A stretch of 31,216 nt of DNA from a virus (IMGVR_UViG_3300033562_000074:1-31216); one strand, 5' to 3'. Shown: positions 15,289 to 26,391, counted from the first letter of the stretch. The notes: generated by a model not told the origin, from the letters alone. Program-made: numbers and translations.

Positions 15289-16260
15289 TCAAGGTTCTGT
15301 GTAGGTTAGATATTGCCCATTGAGCAAGAGCGGGTCACCATTGTAGGTGATTGTCCCATCGGGCCATTCTGGTTCCGGCACATCCGGTGGGGATACTTCA
15401 AAACTGAGTTGGGAAACCAGATAAAGGTCGGACCCACCGAAGTTGATGAACGTGAGGATGTCCCCCTTATTCTGGTCTGTGGACAGTGCGACACCCAGAC
15501 CACCCGGTGTCTTGAAGTTGCTGCCAAACGAGAGTGTGCGCCCACCCACACCATCTTGAGCAACAAGCAGGATGTATGTTCCCGGCATCACGTTGGTGGG
15601 GTTTGCTAGGAAGTGATCACCCGTGAGTGTCACCTTTGCAAGATTGCCCTTGAAGCAGTTCCACAGGATCACCAAGGCACCAACCAACTGCACCGGGGTG
15701 TTTGACACTTGGCGGCTGAACACATTGCGTCCAACGTAGAGGTTATCAGAAATCAACTTGGGGACACCTGTGAGGTCATCATTCACCCCGAAGTCTGCGA
15801 CATTGTAAAGGGTGAGTTCCCCCGTATCAGCGGCAAAGCCTAACACCATTGCCCGGCGCTCAAAAGGTATTGGCAATTCTGTGTTGTTCCCGGCAGGCTC
15901 AACGATGGGGAACTTGATTGACTGTCTCCCCGGCAGTGCCACCCCGGAAATCTCCTGCACCATGAGTGTCAACTTGTCGAGTGCTGCACGAACATCTTCC
16001 GGTGAGGGCGTTGAGTTTGGCGGAAACTGTGTCTCCTGTGTCCGTGGAGTGTTCCGGTAAACGATCACTTCAGTTCCCACAGGGACCTCAGAGAGTGTCC
16101 GCACACCGTCCACATCAACTGTGAAGCCAACTGTGGCAACCCCGTCAATCAGCACAAACAGGTCATCATCCCGGTCCCGCTCAATGGCAATGGGGTAGGG
16201 GACTACTGTGGACCCGTTCCCGTCAAAGCGTTCAATTGAAATTGTGCTGGTAATTGGCAT
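15289..16260 (-). CDS. tail fibre adaptor with T7 gp17-like N-terminal domain
   Basis: FDGNGST...YP, VIVYRNTP, ALDKLTLMVQE; C-terminal LANPTN..PGTYIL.V.QDGVGGRTLSF domain. Confidence 0.8.
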   Translation of the reverse strand: MPITSTISIERFDGNGSTVVPYPIAIERDRDDDLFVLIDGVATVGFTVDVDGVRTLSEVPVGTEVIVYRNTPRTQETQFPPNSTPSPEDVRAALDKLTLMVQEISGVALPGRQSIKFPIVEPAGNNTELPIPFERRAMVLGFAADTGELTLYNVADFGVNDDLTGVPKLISDNLYVGRNVFSRQVSNTPVQLVGALVILWNCFKGNLAKVTLTGDHFLANPTNVMPGTYILLVAQDGVGGRTLSFGSNFKTPGGLGVALSTDQNKGDILTFINFGGSDLYLVSQLSFEVSPPDVPEPEWPDGTITYNGDPLLLNGQYLTYTEP

Positions 16261-16305
16261 GGCTCTTGGTTTTGAGAGTGCCAGCCTGTCCCGTTGGGTT
16301 CAAGG

Positions 16306-19300
16306 TTATTTTTTGGGGGCCAATTCTTTTGCTTGCCTTTTCCATTCCGCGAGCTTTTCAGTGGGCACTTTCTTGGTTTTGAATGCTGTCAAAGCCTCTT
16401 CAGCGATGTCCACTTGCATCTCATTGAGTGCCCGGCGCTCATCGGTCTTGACCTCAAGTTTCTCCAGATCAGAAAGCACAGACAGGAGTTTAGATGCATG
16501 ACGTAGCACGGCACGAACATCCTCTTCCTCTTTGGTTTCTTCGCCCACACTCCGGTTGGAATTTGCCCAGTCCAGTGCGTCATAGAACTCAGTGATTGGT
16601 TTGGGGGCCAACGGCATTTTCCCTGTGGATTGAAATAGAACCCCGACAACTGGAATGTCTGATGGTTGACGCTCACGCACAACCCCATCTTCACCAACTG
16701 GTCCGCGCCCGATGAGGGAAACCAAGTCAAGTCCTGCACCACCTGTGAAGCCACGAATGGCGTGGTCAATCATCCGGGGAGAAGCATTGAAGATTTCACC
16801 CAGCTTGATTGAAAAGGTTGTGCTGTTCGGACCATACTTCAGGTAGTCAAAATCCTCGTGAGGGTATTTCATCTCTTCACCCCTCGGGATGATTGGACGA
16901 TCAAAGAAAAAGTCCTTGTTCGCAAGCATCTCAGTTGGGGTCTTTATGATGACCGGGGCGGACGGGATCACAGCACGCATGAACTGCTTTGCCCATGCGA
17001 GTGCTTCAGCGGGGTTCTCAGCGTAAAGAGCATCTAACATGGCAACTGGCATGGCCATGAAAAATCCATCCACTTCAAAGGCTCTTGGGATTCTGATGAG
17101 TTCATCACCAACCGGGAAGTAAGTGTAACGATACTTCTCCTGCATGCTCATGCGTTTCCACCAGTCCTCATCCTTGAACTGTGTCCACAGGGTCACAGCA
17201 AGTGCAGCTTTGTAGGTGCCAACCAGCATGAACTTTGCAGGATTGGCCTTGAGTGCATCAATGTGGGACCGGACACCTTGAATCTGAGCATTTGAGAATG
17301 GCAAGATTTGGTTGAGCCACCGCATTGTGTTGCCTGCCGAAGTGAAGTTGGCAGTGACCTGCTTTGCCGCCACTGCCAACTTGGTTGCAATCTCAGGGGT
17401 GAGTGGCATGGTCTTTGGGTCCCAGCCAATCTGTTTCGCAATGAGTTTCATCTCAGTGATGCGGGTGGCACTTTCCGCATATTGGAACACATCACGGATG
17501 TATTCTAAGATGTTCGCAGGGTGAACATATTTGATGACCTTACCTTGAAAAAGACGCTGTGCCGCGAGGTCTGTGTGCCGGGTATCTGCACCAAGTGGTG
17601 TAGACATCTCAAGCCCTAGTTGCTTGTAGATTCTGGACCACCGCGCTTCAAAGAGTTTTCCCCCGGTAAGGGACTCAGCAAGTGATGTGCCCAGAGTTGA
17701 TGCCCACACAGCAAACACTTTGGGGACACTCGCATTCGATTGACTGTTCTGGATGAGTGTGGAGAAGTCCCGAAGTGGGTTTGTCACCATTGAGAAACTG
17801 GCACGGTAACCTGTGGTCCCCAACTTAAACATGCGGTTAGGCATCCCGATTGCGAAATCAAGAAACTTCGGCAGGCGGAAAACATCCATGGACATCATGG
17901 CGTTGTAGGCATCCCGGTTCACCTCATACCATCTGCGCTTGCCATTCCGGTAAACTGGAATGATCGGATTTTCAAGGTTGTTGGGTGGGTTGTATGCTTG
18001 ACTCCAGAACGTGAGCATTTTATCCGCTTCGCCTGCATCCTCAATAGCTTCCTTGAGCATCGCTGCGGCTTCACCCGCTTGCTCATCGTCAAGTTGCCGG
18101 GTGATCTCATCAAGCGCATCAACGACAGTCCTGTGCGCTGCGGGGACCCTATCCGGGGAAACCTCAAAGGCTACGTTACCCATGCCGGGGATGTTGCTCT
18201 TCTCGACAACATTCAAAACTTGCTCAAGGACGGCACGTTGGTGTGCGCGGAGAATGATTTCACGGGCTTGGGAAATCATTGGTGTGAATGGGTCCTTGAT
18301 CCTGCGAGTTGACCCTTTCAAGCCCTTGATCAGTTTGCCTGTGGCAGCACCGGGGGTGCGTGTTTTGTATGCTTGGTCAAATGCCTGAAACTCCCTGAAA
18401 AGTGGGATGTAGTTTCCGGGGTCCACCTCACGAATCTTGCGGACCACTTCAGCAAAGTCAGCACTCGACTGTGCCGCATACTCAAGCACAGCGTTGTTCC
18501 AATCATAAATCTTGGATGCTGTGACCTCAAAAAGTGGGGAGTTCAGTTCATTGTAAATCTTGACAGCATCATCAATGGACATGCCCGACTCCCGGCCCTT
18601 GCCATCCTGTGCAAGTGCGATGGTCCGTTTTGCCCACAAGTAAATTGTAAACTCGTGCCTCTTGTTCTTGATGGGGTCCAGTATGGCTTTCAAGCTGGTG
18701 TTGTAGCCCATGGCATTCCCTTGGAAATCAACCATGCCCTCTTCAACCATGAACTTAGCAATGGCATCATGGGCCATGGAAAATCGCGTGGCTGTGAGGA
18801 ACGGGTTTTCCCCCGGCATGTTCATCTTGGCTTTTGGGTTGCGCTGCAACTCGTCAAAGAACTCAGCCTGAGCTTGCTCATAAATGCGCTTCAGCGGGTA
18901 GAGTGCATCAACAAAATTATCACTCAGCTTTCCGAGTGCATCCAACGTGTCACCTGCGATTTTCTTTATGGTCCCTTCAGGGTAAGCGATATTTCCCTTT
19001 GCACGTAGAATCGCGCCTTGCCCGGCGTAGAGCTTGGACTTTTCCTGAACGTCATTGATTGCCTTCTGCAACTTTGGATTGTGCTTCAGCACGTTCTCAT
19101 TGAACCAAGCATGCGTCTGTGGCGCTTCAACCCCCATGTTGTGTGTCCCTTCAAAGAGCATGCGGATATACTCAGCAAAACCCTCTGACATGGTAGTGTT
19201 TCTCGGTGCCCGCCCTTGATAGAGACGATTGCCCAAAGTATCAAGCTCCCGTGCCAACTCTGGTGAGGCATTGCGCACTTTCATCCATTTGTTGTCACCG

Positions 19301-21897
19301 ATGCCTCCGGGCAAAATCTGGTCCTCGATGGCGTGTCCTACCTCGTGTGCAACCGTTGTGAAGTTGTCCGCTTTTTTCACACGGATCATCCGTGCTTTGA
19401 GGTAGTAAACACCCCGTGCATTCTTGCTCACTTTTCTTCCACTGAAGCGGACGGGTGTGCGGCTCCCGAGCACTTGCAGGATCTTGGTAACTGCCTTGGT
19501 GACCTCGGGATGACCAATAGGCTTTGTTGCGCCCACAGTGTTGTCAGGAGTCATCTGAAAGCGTAGCGGCTCACCAAACATCGAAGACCCAAGGGAAGTC
19601 ACAGCGGGCGGGTTTGGGTTGTTGAGTGCATTTGTTGCTCGTGCTGCTTGCCCACTTGTGTCCTTCTCTGCTTTCCTTGTCTCGTTGCGTTGCTCAAGGA
19701 TTTGGGGATCACTGGTTGTCTCAGGGTCCAAAGCTGCACTCACCTCCGGGGCAAGTTGCGCAACCACTTCGGCAACCTCCTCCGGTGAACGTGCTTCCAC
19801 AGCCTTACCATTGTGGGTCACTGTAAAGTTCCCATCTGGGTTGGTGTGCATCGTCACGCCAAATTTCTCAACGGGGTTGCCGAAAGATTCAGTCTGGGTC
19901 TCCGCATCCGACATGGTTGCGGTGAACTCACTGTGGTTCTCCTGAAGGAAATCCGCTTTCTGTTCAGGAGTCATGGACCGCATTCTGATAATGTCAGACT
20001 GGGGCACACCGTATTGCGTGAGCATGTCCTCATTTGCCAACACCTTCAACGCTTGGCTTGTTTCAAGGTAGTCAAACACCTTGCGTCCACCCATGCCAAA
20101 GAGAACCAGAGGCATCATAGCAAATGCTGTTTTGGGTGCACTCTTAATGATGTTCGTGAGGTCCCCCTCTTTACCGAACAACTTAATGTCCGGCATGTCC
20201 TCATCCGCAGCATGATAGAATGCTGCCGTGATGGGGAGCGTTGCATCTTGGCTCAACTCCTCAATGGTCTCAAAGCCCATCTTGGAGAAGAATTTACCCA
20301 TCGTGCTTTTCACTGCGGGCATCTTCCCAAACAGGATCTTACCACTCATGCGGTTAAGTGCAGCATACGCCACACCTGCCGCCATTGCTGCCCCATCAAG
20401 TTTGCCCCAGTCCGCATCAGGAAACCTAACACGCAACTGGTCCATGTTGCGCTCTTTCTGTGCATAGGCGACGATGGGAATTCCTGCTGCGGTCATGGAT
20501 AGTCCCATTTCGGGCAATGAGCGAAGAGTGCCATAGGTCCAGAAATCCGCAAAAGCATTTGCTGTTGTGCTGCTTGTGGTCCCCCGGACTTTAGCCACCT
20601 CATCACGCCAGTTCATCAAACGTGTGCCGTATGCAATTCGCATGCTGTCCTTTTGAATCTTGTCGAGTAATAGCTTTTTCTCTTCGGGTGATACTGCAAT
20701 TGGTTTTTGCAGGTTTGGATTAGCAAATATTTTTGCAACACCCACAACCCCCTCAACCTCCGAGCGGATTTCAATGTCTTTTTTAGAAACGCCTATTGCT
20801 AACAGGTTCTCGGGAACTGTTACGGGGATTTCACGATTCAACATTTCCTCACGTTGCTTGAGGACGGGACTAAACTGCCCCCGTGCTGTGTTCTTAAATA
20901 GGTCCTCAACCCCCCTAGAAAGGCTCTTGCCCATCTTGTTCATGGTACCATCAACATCCTGCCCGTGAGCTTTTGCTGTTTCTGCCATAATCGCAACGGC
21001 AATGCCAAACTCATCTTTCTTGAGCTTTGAAAAAGCTGTGAGCATGTCCTCACCAGCCTTGAAAGGTGGGGCTTCAAACTTGGGTGTCACACCCTCCTCA
21101 AGCGCAATGACATTGAACGCTTGCTGGACCATCGGGCGGATATGACCAAACTTGGTCTCCATCTCCTTACGGTCATCATTGTAAATCGCACGGATGGCTG
21201 TGCGTTCATCATCACTGATGTTCGTCACATCTTTATTCAAAAGGTCCTCAAACTCATTGTCCTGCATTCCCATGAAACTAATCATGGTATTCTTCTTTGC
21301 ACTCTCAACGATCTTCACCCGGCGCTCATGTTTCCCACGCACATCAAGTCCCCAGCGCAACAGGGCATCCTTGGTGGGTTCATTCTTCCCGGCGTTCGTT
21401 GCTTCGCGCACCTGTGGCTCAGCAAATCCACTGTCAATTTCTTCCACGCTGAACCCGAAGGACTGCATGGCCTTGCGCTTCACATACTCCTCCCGGTAGT
21501 CCACACCCTCCGGCATGAAGCTACTAGCAAGGTCGTAATTGCCCTTATCCCCATTTGCCTCAACCATTGTGGCAAAGGTCTTGTCATCTGCTTCAGAGAG
21601 CTTGATGATCTGGTTAGATGCTTCCAACTCAGTCTTTGCTTTTGAACGGGCACGGGCGTATGGCTCAAGATCAAATGGGACCTCGTTGCGCTTCTGCTTG
21701 TAGCCTTTGTAAACTTGTAGGTTGTCAATGAGCTTCGCTTGCTTGGTCTTGAATGCCGCAAGCTCAGTGGGGGCAAGAGTTGGCTCAATGCCTTTCCCTT
21801 CCTCCAGTTTGTCCAATGAGGCAACGGCAACAAGCTCAGCACTCAACGGGTCCGTGGTGTCCGTGAGTTCAGCGGTGAATGGGTCAATCTCGGGCAT
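16306..21897 (-). CDS. large internal virion/ejection protein, LPD38-like C-terminus and zincin-like HExxH segment
   Basis: 1863 aa at the T7 gp16 position; VTANFTSAG, ILPFSNAQIQG, IRIPRAFE, ANKDFFFDRPIIP, SPRMIDH.IRGFTGG.G; AHEVGH...EGFAE. Confidence 0.8.
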   Translation of the reverse strand: MPEIDPFTAELTDTTDPLSAELVAVASLDKLEEGKGIEPTLAPTELAAFKTKQAKLIDNLQVYKGYKQKRNEVPFDLEPYARARSKAKTELEASNQIIKLSEADDKTFATMVEANGDKGNYDLASSFMPEGVDYREEYVKRKAMQSFGFSVEEIDSGFAEPQVREATNAGKNEPTKDALLRWGLDVRGKHERRVKIVESAKKNTMISFMGMQDNEFEDLLNKDVTNISDDERTAIRAIYNDDRKEMETKFGHIRPMVQQAFNVIALEEGVTPKFEAPPFKAGEDMLTAFSKLKKDEFGIAVAIMAETAKAHGQDVDGTMNKMGKSLSRGVEDLFKNTARGQFSPVLKQREEMLNREIPVTVPENLLAIGVSKKDIEIRSEVEGVVGVAKIFANPNLQKPIAVSPEEKKLLLDKIQKDSMRIAYGTRLMNWRDEVAKVRGTTSSTTANAFADFWTYGTLRSLPEMGLSMTAAGIPIVAYAQKERNMDQLRVRFPDADWGKLDGAAMAAGVAYAALNRMSGKILFGKMPAVKSTMGKFFSKMGFETIEELSQDATLPITAAFYHAADEDMPDIKLFGKEGDLTNIIKSAPKTAFAMMPLVLFGMGGRKVFDYLETSQALKVLANEDMLTQYGVPQSDIIRMRSMTPEQKADFLQENHSEFTATMSDAETQTESFGNPVEKFGVTMHTNPDGNFTVTHNGKAVEARSPEEVAEVVAQLAPEVSAALDPETTSDPQILEQRNETRKAEKDTSGQAARATNALNNPNPPAVTSLGSSMFGEPLRFQMTPDNTVGATKPIGHPEVTKAVTKILQVLGSRTPVRFSGRKVSKNARGVYYLKARMIRVKKADNFTTVAHEVGHAIEDQILPGGIGDNKWMKVRNASPELARELDTLGNRLYQGRAPRNTTMSEGFAEYIRMLFEGTHNMGVEAPQTHAWFNENVLKHNPKLQKAINDVQEKSKLYAGQGAILRAKGNIAYPEGTIKKIAGDTLDALGKLSDNFVDALYPLKRIYEQAQAEFFDELQRNPKAKMNMPGENPFLTATRFSMAHDAIAKFMVEEGMVDFQGNAMGYNTSLKAILDPIKNKRHEFTIYLWAKRTIALAQDGKGRESGMSIDDAVKIYNELNSPLFEVTASKIYDWNNAVLEYAAQSSADFAEVVRKIREVDPGNYIPLFREFQAFDQAYKTRTPGAATGKLIKGLKGSTRRIKDPFTPMISQAREIILRAHQRAVLEQVLNVVEKSNIPGMGNVAFEVSPDRVPAAHRTVVDALDEITRQLDDEQAGEAAAMLKEAIEDAGEADKMLTFWSQAYNPPNNLENPIIPVYRNGKRRWYEVNRDAYNAMMSMDVFRLPKFLDFAIGMPNRMFKLGTTGYRASFSMVTNPLRDFSTLIQNSQSNASVPKVFAVWASTLGTSLAESLTGGKLFEARWSRIYKQLGLEMSTPLGADTRHTDLAAQRLFQGKVIKYVHPANILEYIRDVFQYAESATRITEMKLIAKQIGWDPKTMPLTPEIATKLAVAAKQVTANFTSAGNTMRWLNQILPFSNAQIQGVRSHIDALKANPAKFMLVGTYKAALAVTLWTQFKDEDWWKRMSMQEKYRYTYFPVGDELIRIPRAFEVDGFFMAMPVAMLDALYAENPAEALAWAKQFMRAVIPSAPVIIKTPTEMLANKDFFFDRPIIPRGEEMKYPHEDFDYLKYGPNSTTFSIKLGEIFNASPRMIDHAIRGFTGGAGLDLVSLIGRGPVGEDGVVRERQPSDIPVVGVLFQSTGKMPLAPKPITEFYDALDWANSNRSVGEETKEEEDVRAVLRHASKLLSVLSDLEKLEVKTDERRALNEMQVDIAEEALTAFKTKKVPTEKLAEWKRQAKELAPKK

Positions 21898-21900
21898 AAA

Positions 21901-23400
21901 TCATTTTGGTGAAGTCCAACTTTCAAGCAGGATTTGAGATTGAGTTTTTTCAACCCCACCCGATTGCTTCCGGGGGCCATTCTGCGACTTGAGTTGTTCA
22001 CGCTGAGACAGGATGCGACTCACTAAAGTTGGTTGAATGCGGTTCACATAGTCCTCAATCTCGGGACCAGTTGGCGGGGTTTGGAGACTGTTGGCCCAGT
22101 TCTCTGTCTCCCGCTCAAGGGCTGTGCGTAGCTGAACACCAAATGCATTTTGTGTGTCTGAGAATTTGGCATTCTCAACAGGATAACTCGCAGGGTCTTT
22201 GTCCTTCCGAAACTTTGCCCGAGCAACGCCAATTTGTGCCCCCACACGTTGCCGGGCAACTTCCTTGATGGTCTCCTCAGTAGTCTTGCGCACTTCCTTG
22301 TTGGCACGGTCACGGGCTTCATTCTCAAGCGTGTCCTCTTCAGTGAAGTGCATGGGGTCTTTCTGATAGCTCAGATTCTTGAGACTGCCAACACCTGTGC
22401 GGTTGCCGAAAGCGATGACAGCACTATCTGTTTCATTCCACTTTTTGCGATACTCTTTGAGTGAAATTCTCCCTTCACGGAAGTCAGTAAAGTTGTCACG
22501 GATCTGGTCACCAATTGCAAACCTCTCTTCATCGGTGATGGGTGTATCAACTTCAAAACTCTTCACAAGCACGTTGCGCTTGATCTGGGAAATCTCGGGA
22601 TACTTCTCAAGCTCAGCACTGAGTTGTTCCTTGGTGGTGAATGCGCCACCATCCATCAGGTCCTTCACCTCGGTGAGTGACTTGCGTTCGTGTTTAGAAA
22701 TCTCTTCATCCGCATCCTCCAAATAGCGTTTCTTCAGTATCGGGGAAAGGTTGTATTTGTCCTGTTCAACGGCAGCACGGAAAGCAATGGGGTCCGCATT
22801 TTTATCAAGCTCAAGGTTTGCCTCTTGCTTTGCCCGCATCACACCATTTGAGAACCCACGAATTTCCTCCGGGTCCAGAATGTCCCCGCTGCCAGCAACC
22901 AAGGCGTTGGCTTCATCAAAGCGTCCTTGCTTCATCAGGTGTTCAAGGTCCACAGAGAACCCTTTCTTGGCCCGGCGCTGGTTTTCTTTGAGTGCGCTGC
23001 CATTGATCTGCAACATGCTTTCCTTGCTGAAGATGTCATAGTTGGTCTTGACTGCATTCACCACTTCAGGAGGCGCGGATTTGTCAATCAGGGATGCTTG
23101 CCGTGCCCGCAGGGTTTGCTCCCACTGTGGCACCCACTGTGCAGGATCAACATTGCCTTCCTCAACACTCTGCATGAACTCTTCACGCATCAGTTCCATT
23201 TCACGGGCAGTCTTGCGGATGTCCTCTTGGTTACGGATCTTCTGCGCCCGCATGCCCTGTTCTATCAGACCATCCACAGATGCATTCACGGTGTTCCCAA
23301 GCCGGGCAATCGCCTGTGTGCTTGCATTGAAAGCACCCGCAGGTGCCTGCACACCAACTGCCCTCGGGGACACCATCACTTGCTGTGGGATCTTAGCCAT
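21901..23400 (-). CDS. internal virion protein (T7 gp15 position)
   Basis: MAKIP start, helical and charged; synteny. Confidence 0.7.
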   Translation of the reverse strand: MAKIPQQVMVSPRAVGVQAPAGAFNASTQAIARLGNTVNASVDGLIEQGMRAQKIRNQEDIRKTAREMELMREEFMQSVEEGNVDPAQWVPQWEQTLRARQASLIDKSAPPEVVNAVKTNYDIFSKESMLQINGSALKENQRRAKKGFSVDLEHLMKQGRFDEANALVAGSGDILDPEEIRGFSNGVMRAKQEANLELDKNADPIAFRAAVEQDKYNLSPILKKRYLEDADEEISKHERKSLTEVKDLMDGGAFTTKEQLSAELEKYPEISQIKRNVLVKSFEVDTPITDEERFAIGDQIRDNFTDFREGRISLKEYRKKWNETDSAVIAFGNRTGVGSLKNLSYQKDPMHFTEEDTLENEARDRANKEVRKTTEETIKEVARQRVGAQIGVARAKFRKDKDPASYPVENAKFSDTQNAFGVQLRTALERETENWANSLQTPPTGPEIEDYVNRIQPTLVSRILSQREQLKSQNGPRKQSGGVEKTQSQILLESWTSPK

Positions 23401-23402
23401 AT

Positions 23403-23906
23403 TTAGTCAAAGAGTGAGAAGGGAGATTTGTTGCCAAATGTCTGATAAGCGTCATAGCCCCGTGATGCGGACTTAACCACACCACCAATGATTGTGGATG
23501 TCCTGTCAATTTTCCCAGCGGCTTTTTGTTGCTGAGTTTGAAATTGACTCATCTTCACTTGCTCCCCATACATCTGGATTCTGTCAAGGCTTTGATTGGT
23601 TGCCTCATCAATCTGGTCGTTGATGCGGGACCCGATTTGCCCGAACACGGCAAGCTGTGTCCCGGACATGGCAACCCCGCTTGCTGCATTCGCTGCCCGC
23701 ACTTCGGCAAGGGTCCGTTCACGCTCTTGAATCCTGCGGCTGGCATTCTCTCGCAGGGCGCTGCGCTCACTCTCAGCCCTCCGGGTGAGCAACTTCTCTT
23801 CATACTGCGCCTGAGCCTGCGCGGACTTCTGTGCATGCTTCTGAGCCTGCAAAGATGTGACGGTTTGAAAGACCGTTGCCCCAACTGCTAATGCTGCGAA
23901 TGCCAT
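23403..23906 (-). CDS. internal virion protein (T7 gp14-like)
   Basis: Hydrophobic N-terminus, Q/A-rich helix, AANAASGVAMSGT motif. Confidence 0.75.
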   Translation of the reverse strand: MAFAALAVGATVFQTVTSLQAQKHAQKSAQAQAQYEEKLLTRRAESERSALRENASRRIQERERTLAEVRAANAASGVAMSGTQLAVFGQIGSRINDQIDEATNQSLDRIQMYGEQVKMSQFQTQQQKAAGKIDRTSTIIGGVVKSASRGYDAYQTFGNKSPFSLFD

Positions 23907-23907
23907 G

Positions 23908-26391
23908 TTACCTTGAAGTTTTGCCTTTGATGCGAATAGCCAACACCGTCATTGGTAGCGGCTGTGATTGACGAATAGTGATAGTTGGCCCTCTCTCCCA
24001 TGTCGAGTGAACATTTGCCGTGAAGTCCCCACTGAGCAGTTTAGGGGGTTCACCATTCTCAAAACGGGGTTGCACAAAGTCAACCACCGTCCAGTGTTCA
24101 CCATCTTGGCTCACATCGGCACCCAGAGTGTTGCGGAATCTGATGACCACCTCACGGGCACTCGACTTGTCACCAATGGTGCCTTGGTCAAGTGGCATCG
24201 GGCGGATGAAGGATGAATATGGGAGTCCGGCAATTGCGTTGTAGAACGTCCGGCCTAAGTCAATCTCATTGCCCGACACAACAAACTTGCCAACGGGTTC
24301 GCCGTCCGCAAAAACTTCCACTTCGCGTCCTTCCAGATGGTCAAGACCATCCAGCACAGAGAACCCGGCTTCATCCTGCTTGCGGACGTAGCTATCAAGG
24401 AAGGCAAGGTTTGTGGTGTCTTGGCTTTCCTCGACACGTAGCATGTCCGGTGTCAACCATTCGACTGTCCGCACACCATTTCGGTTTACTGAGATGTAAA
24501 CGTCATCATCCTCCCCGGCACCGGGGCACACAGCCACAGACTCAATGGTGCCGTCCGTTACCCACCGGGTCCAACCAACGACATTCTGTGCCCGCTCATA
24601 CGTGAGAACGGCAAGTTCCCCACCTGTCACCATGTAGAGTGCGGAGTCCGGCACCCGGCCACCTGCCATCTGTGTGACTCCACCACGAGTGACGTGACTT
24701 GCAAGCTGAGTCATGTCCGCTGAAGTGTATCCACCGTAGTCAACCGCACCCCCCGTTAGTTCTTGGATCTTGCGTCCTTTGTCTTGAAGGTAAAGCACGT
24801 TGCTTTGCAGAGGGACACCCACAATGCCATCCGCCACCCCGATGTGGAGTTGCCGCACAATACTGTTGCTCTCCGGGGTAACCGTTTGCCCGTAAGGTGA
24901 TGTGATTGCCCACACCCCACTGGATGTGCCCACCAAGAGGTTCAAGTGGGACACCAACCAGCGCACGGACTCAAACTCCTCCGCTTCTGCTTCAAACGAA
25001 AGCCCGTCATCTGCGAGTGTCCCCATGAGGAAATTGTAAGGCTCTTTGATGCGAGAAGCCCACACAGTCTGCGGGCGGGCAGTTGAGCCACCGAAGTAAA
25101 GGCGCTTCTGGTGATAGGTGCATGCATTTGCATACCCATTCTTGGGGCAGAGTGCATCCTCATACCACTCGGTGGTTGGCGATGCGGATTCAAAGTCCTT
25201 TGTGACAAGGGCAGTGACCGTTGTTGCCGTGAGAAATTCAACAATCAGGGCAACCCCAAAAATCTGCACAGATAGTGCTGTGAAGTCAAAGCGGTCCTCC
25301 GTGGTCCCGGTTGTGTTGGCATCCAGAATGAGGACCCTGAAACGTGCATTGCTGCTTTGCGTTTCTGTGTCCTGCACGAGAAAGTTTTTATCATCTGAGG
25401 ATGATGCCACCTTGACTGAGTTCCATGTCAGGCCACCATCAAAACTCCGCTCAATGGTGTAGGTTGCCGTCCATGTCCCAAAGGTCTCAAAACGCCACTC
25501 ACCAAGGATGTCTTGTTCCGGTGTTGCCAACACTCCCTGCATGAAAAATGCCGGGTATTCATCCGGGTCCGTGTCCCCCGAGACAAAATCCGTGGCACCG
25601 TCATAGTCCTGAAGCAGCGTGAAGTAGGCTCTTGCACCGACTGGACTAATCCCGGCATACTTGCCAAGCGTCCGGGTGTATCCAGATGTTAGAACGTAAA
25701 CTATTGCCCCCGCTGCATAGACACCGGAGACCAAGTTTAGCAGCACAGCCGGGTTAGTGATGCTGCCAATGGTCTTCTTTGTGGGTGCTTCAGGGCGGGA
25801 GTGTGCCAACCGCAGTCTTGTCCCCTCCCAAGCACTCGTGAAAATGTCCTCACCCGCAGTGATCGTGACAGTTCCGCTAACTGCACTCGGGGTCATGGTG
25901 ATGATGTCATCTGTGGCAAGTTCCCAAATGCGTTCTTGCCATGCGAATGCTTGGACAGCCCATGTGCCATCAGCATTCATGATTATCTCATACGGCTCAA
26001 CCTCGGGATGAGTGACAACGATCTTGTTTACCCGCTGTGCAAAATCCAACGCGAACACCTGTGCATCAGTCCAAGGTGTGTCATACTCCAGAGGGTCAAC
26101 CCCATCGGTGACAAGCACACCGTTTTTGAAGACCCGCATTTTCTGATTGGAGAACTCCAGTGTGTAGCCTTGCTGCCCGGAGAAGCGGAACCCCTGCAAC
26201 CGGGATGCCACATCAACGTCAAACACCAATGCCCCATAGCGCATCCCTGCGCGTCTTGTCTGTCCCCCGGCACGTAGCACCCGGACGTTCTCCGCAACCT
26301 CACAACCCATCTGGGTCTTCATGAGGTCCGGCCTGCCTGCCATCTCATCCGATAGCTCCCCGGCGTTCAGTGCAAATTTGTTGATGTCCAT
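23908..26391 (-). CDS. tail tubular protein B / nozzle (T7 gp12-like)
   Basis: LNAGELS..M.GRPD, GG..RR.G, YHQKRLYFGG, PQTVWASR, GLDHLEG, GLPY, I.Q.QPLPMTVLAI. Confidence 0.9.
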   Translation of the reverse strand: MDINKFALNAGELSDEMAGRPDLMKTQMGCEVAENVRVLRAGGQTRRAGMRYGALVFDVDVASRLQGFRFSGQQGYTLEFSNQKMRVFKNGVLVTDGVDPLEYDTPWTDAQVFALDFAQRVNKIVVTHPEVEPYEIIMNADGTWAVQAFAWQERIWELATDDIITMTPSAVSGTVTITAGEDIFTSAWEGTRLRLAHSRPEAPTKKTIGSITNPAVLLNLVSGVYAAGAIVYVLTSGYTRTLGKYAGISPVGARAYFTLLQDYDGATDFVSGDTDPDEYPAFFMQGVLATPEQDILGEWRFETFGTWTATYTIERSFDGGLTWNSVKVASSSDDKNFLVQDTETQSSNARFRVLILDANTTGTTEDRFDFTALSVQIFGVALIVEFLTATTVTALVTKDFESASPTTEWYEDALCPKNGYANACTYHQKRLYFGGSTARPQTVWASRIKEPYNFLMGTLADDGLSFEAEAEEFESVRWLVSHLNLLVGTSSGVWAITSPYGQTVTPESNSIVRQLHIGVADGIVGVPLQSNVLYLQDKGRKIQELTGGAVDYGGYTSADMTQLASHVTRGGVTQMAGGRVPDSALYMVTGGELAVLTYERAQNVVGWTRWVTDGTIESVAVCPGAGEDDDVYISVNRNGVRTVEWLTPDMLRVEESQDTTNLAFLDSYVRKQDEAGFSVLDGLDHLEGREVEVFADGEPVGKFVVSGNEIDLGRTFYNAIAGLPYSSFIRPMPLDQGTIGDKSSAREVVIRFRNTLGADVSQDGEHWTVVDFVQPRFENGEPPKLLSGDFTANVHSTWERGPTITIRQSQPLPMTVLAIRIKGKTSR

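Noticed and set aside
12015-16260. Diversity-generating retroelement, suggested by the BPP-1-like gene order
   Set aside because: No reverse transcriptase and no template/variable repeat pair seen in this window; one could lie outside it.
16261-16305. Sigma70 promoter TTGAAC-N17-CACTCT before the tail adaptor gene
   Set aside because: The -10 box match is too poor to support.
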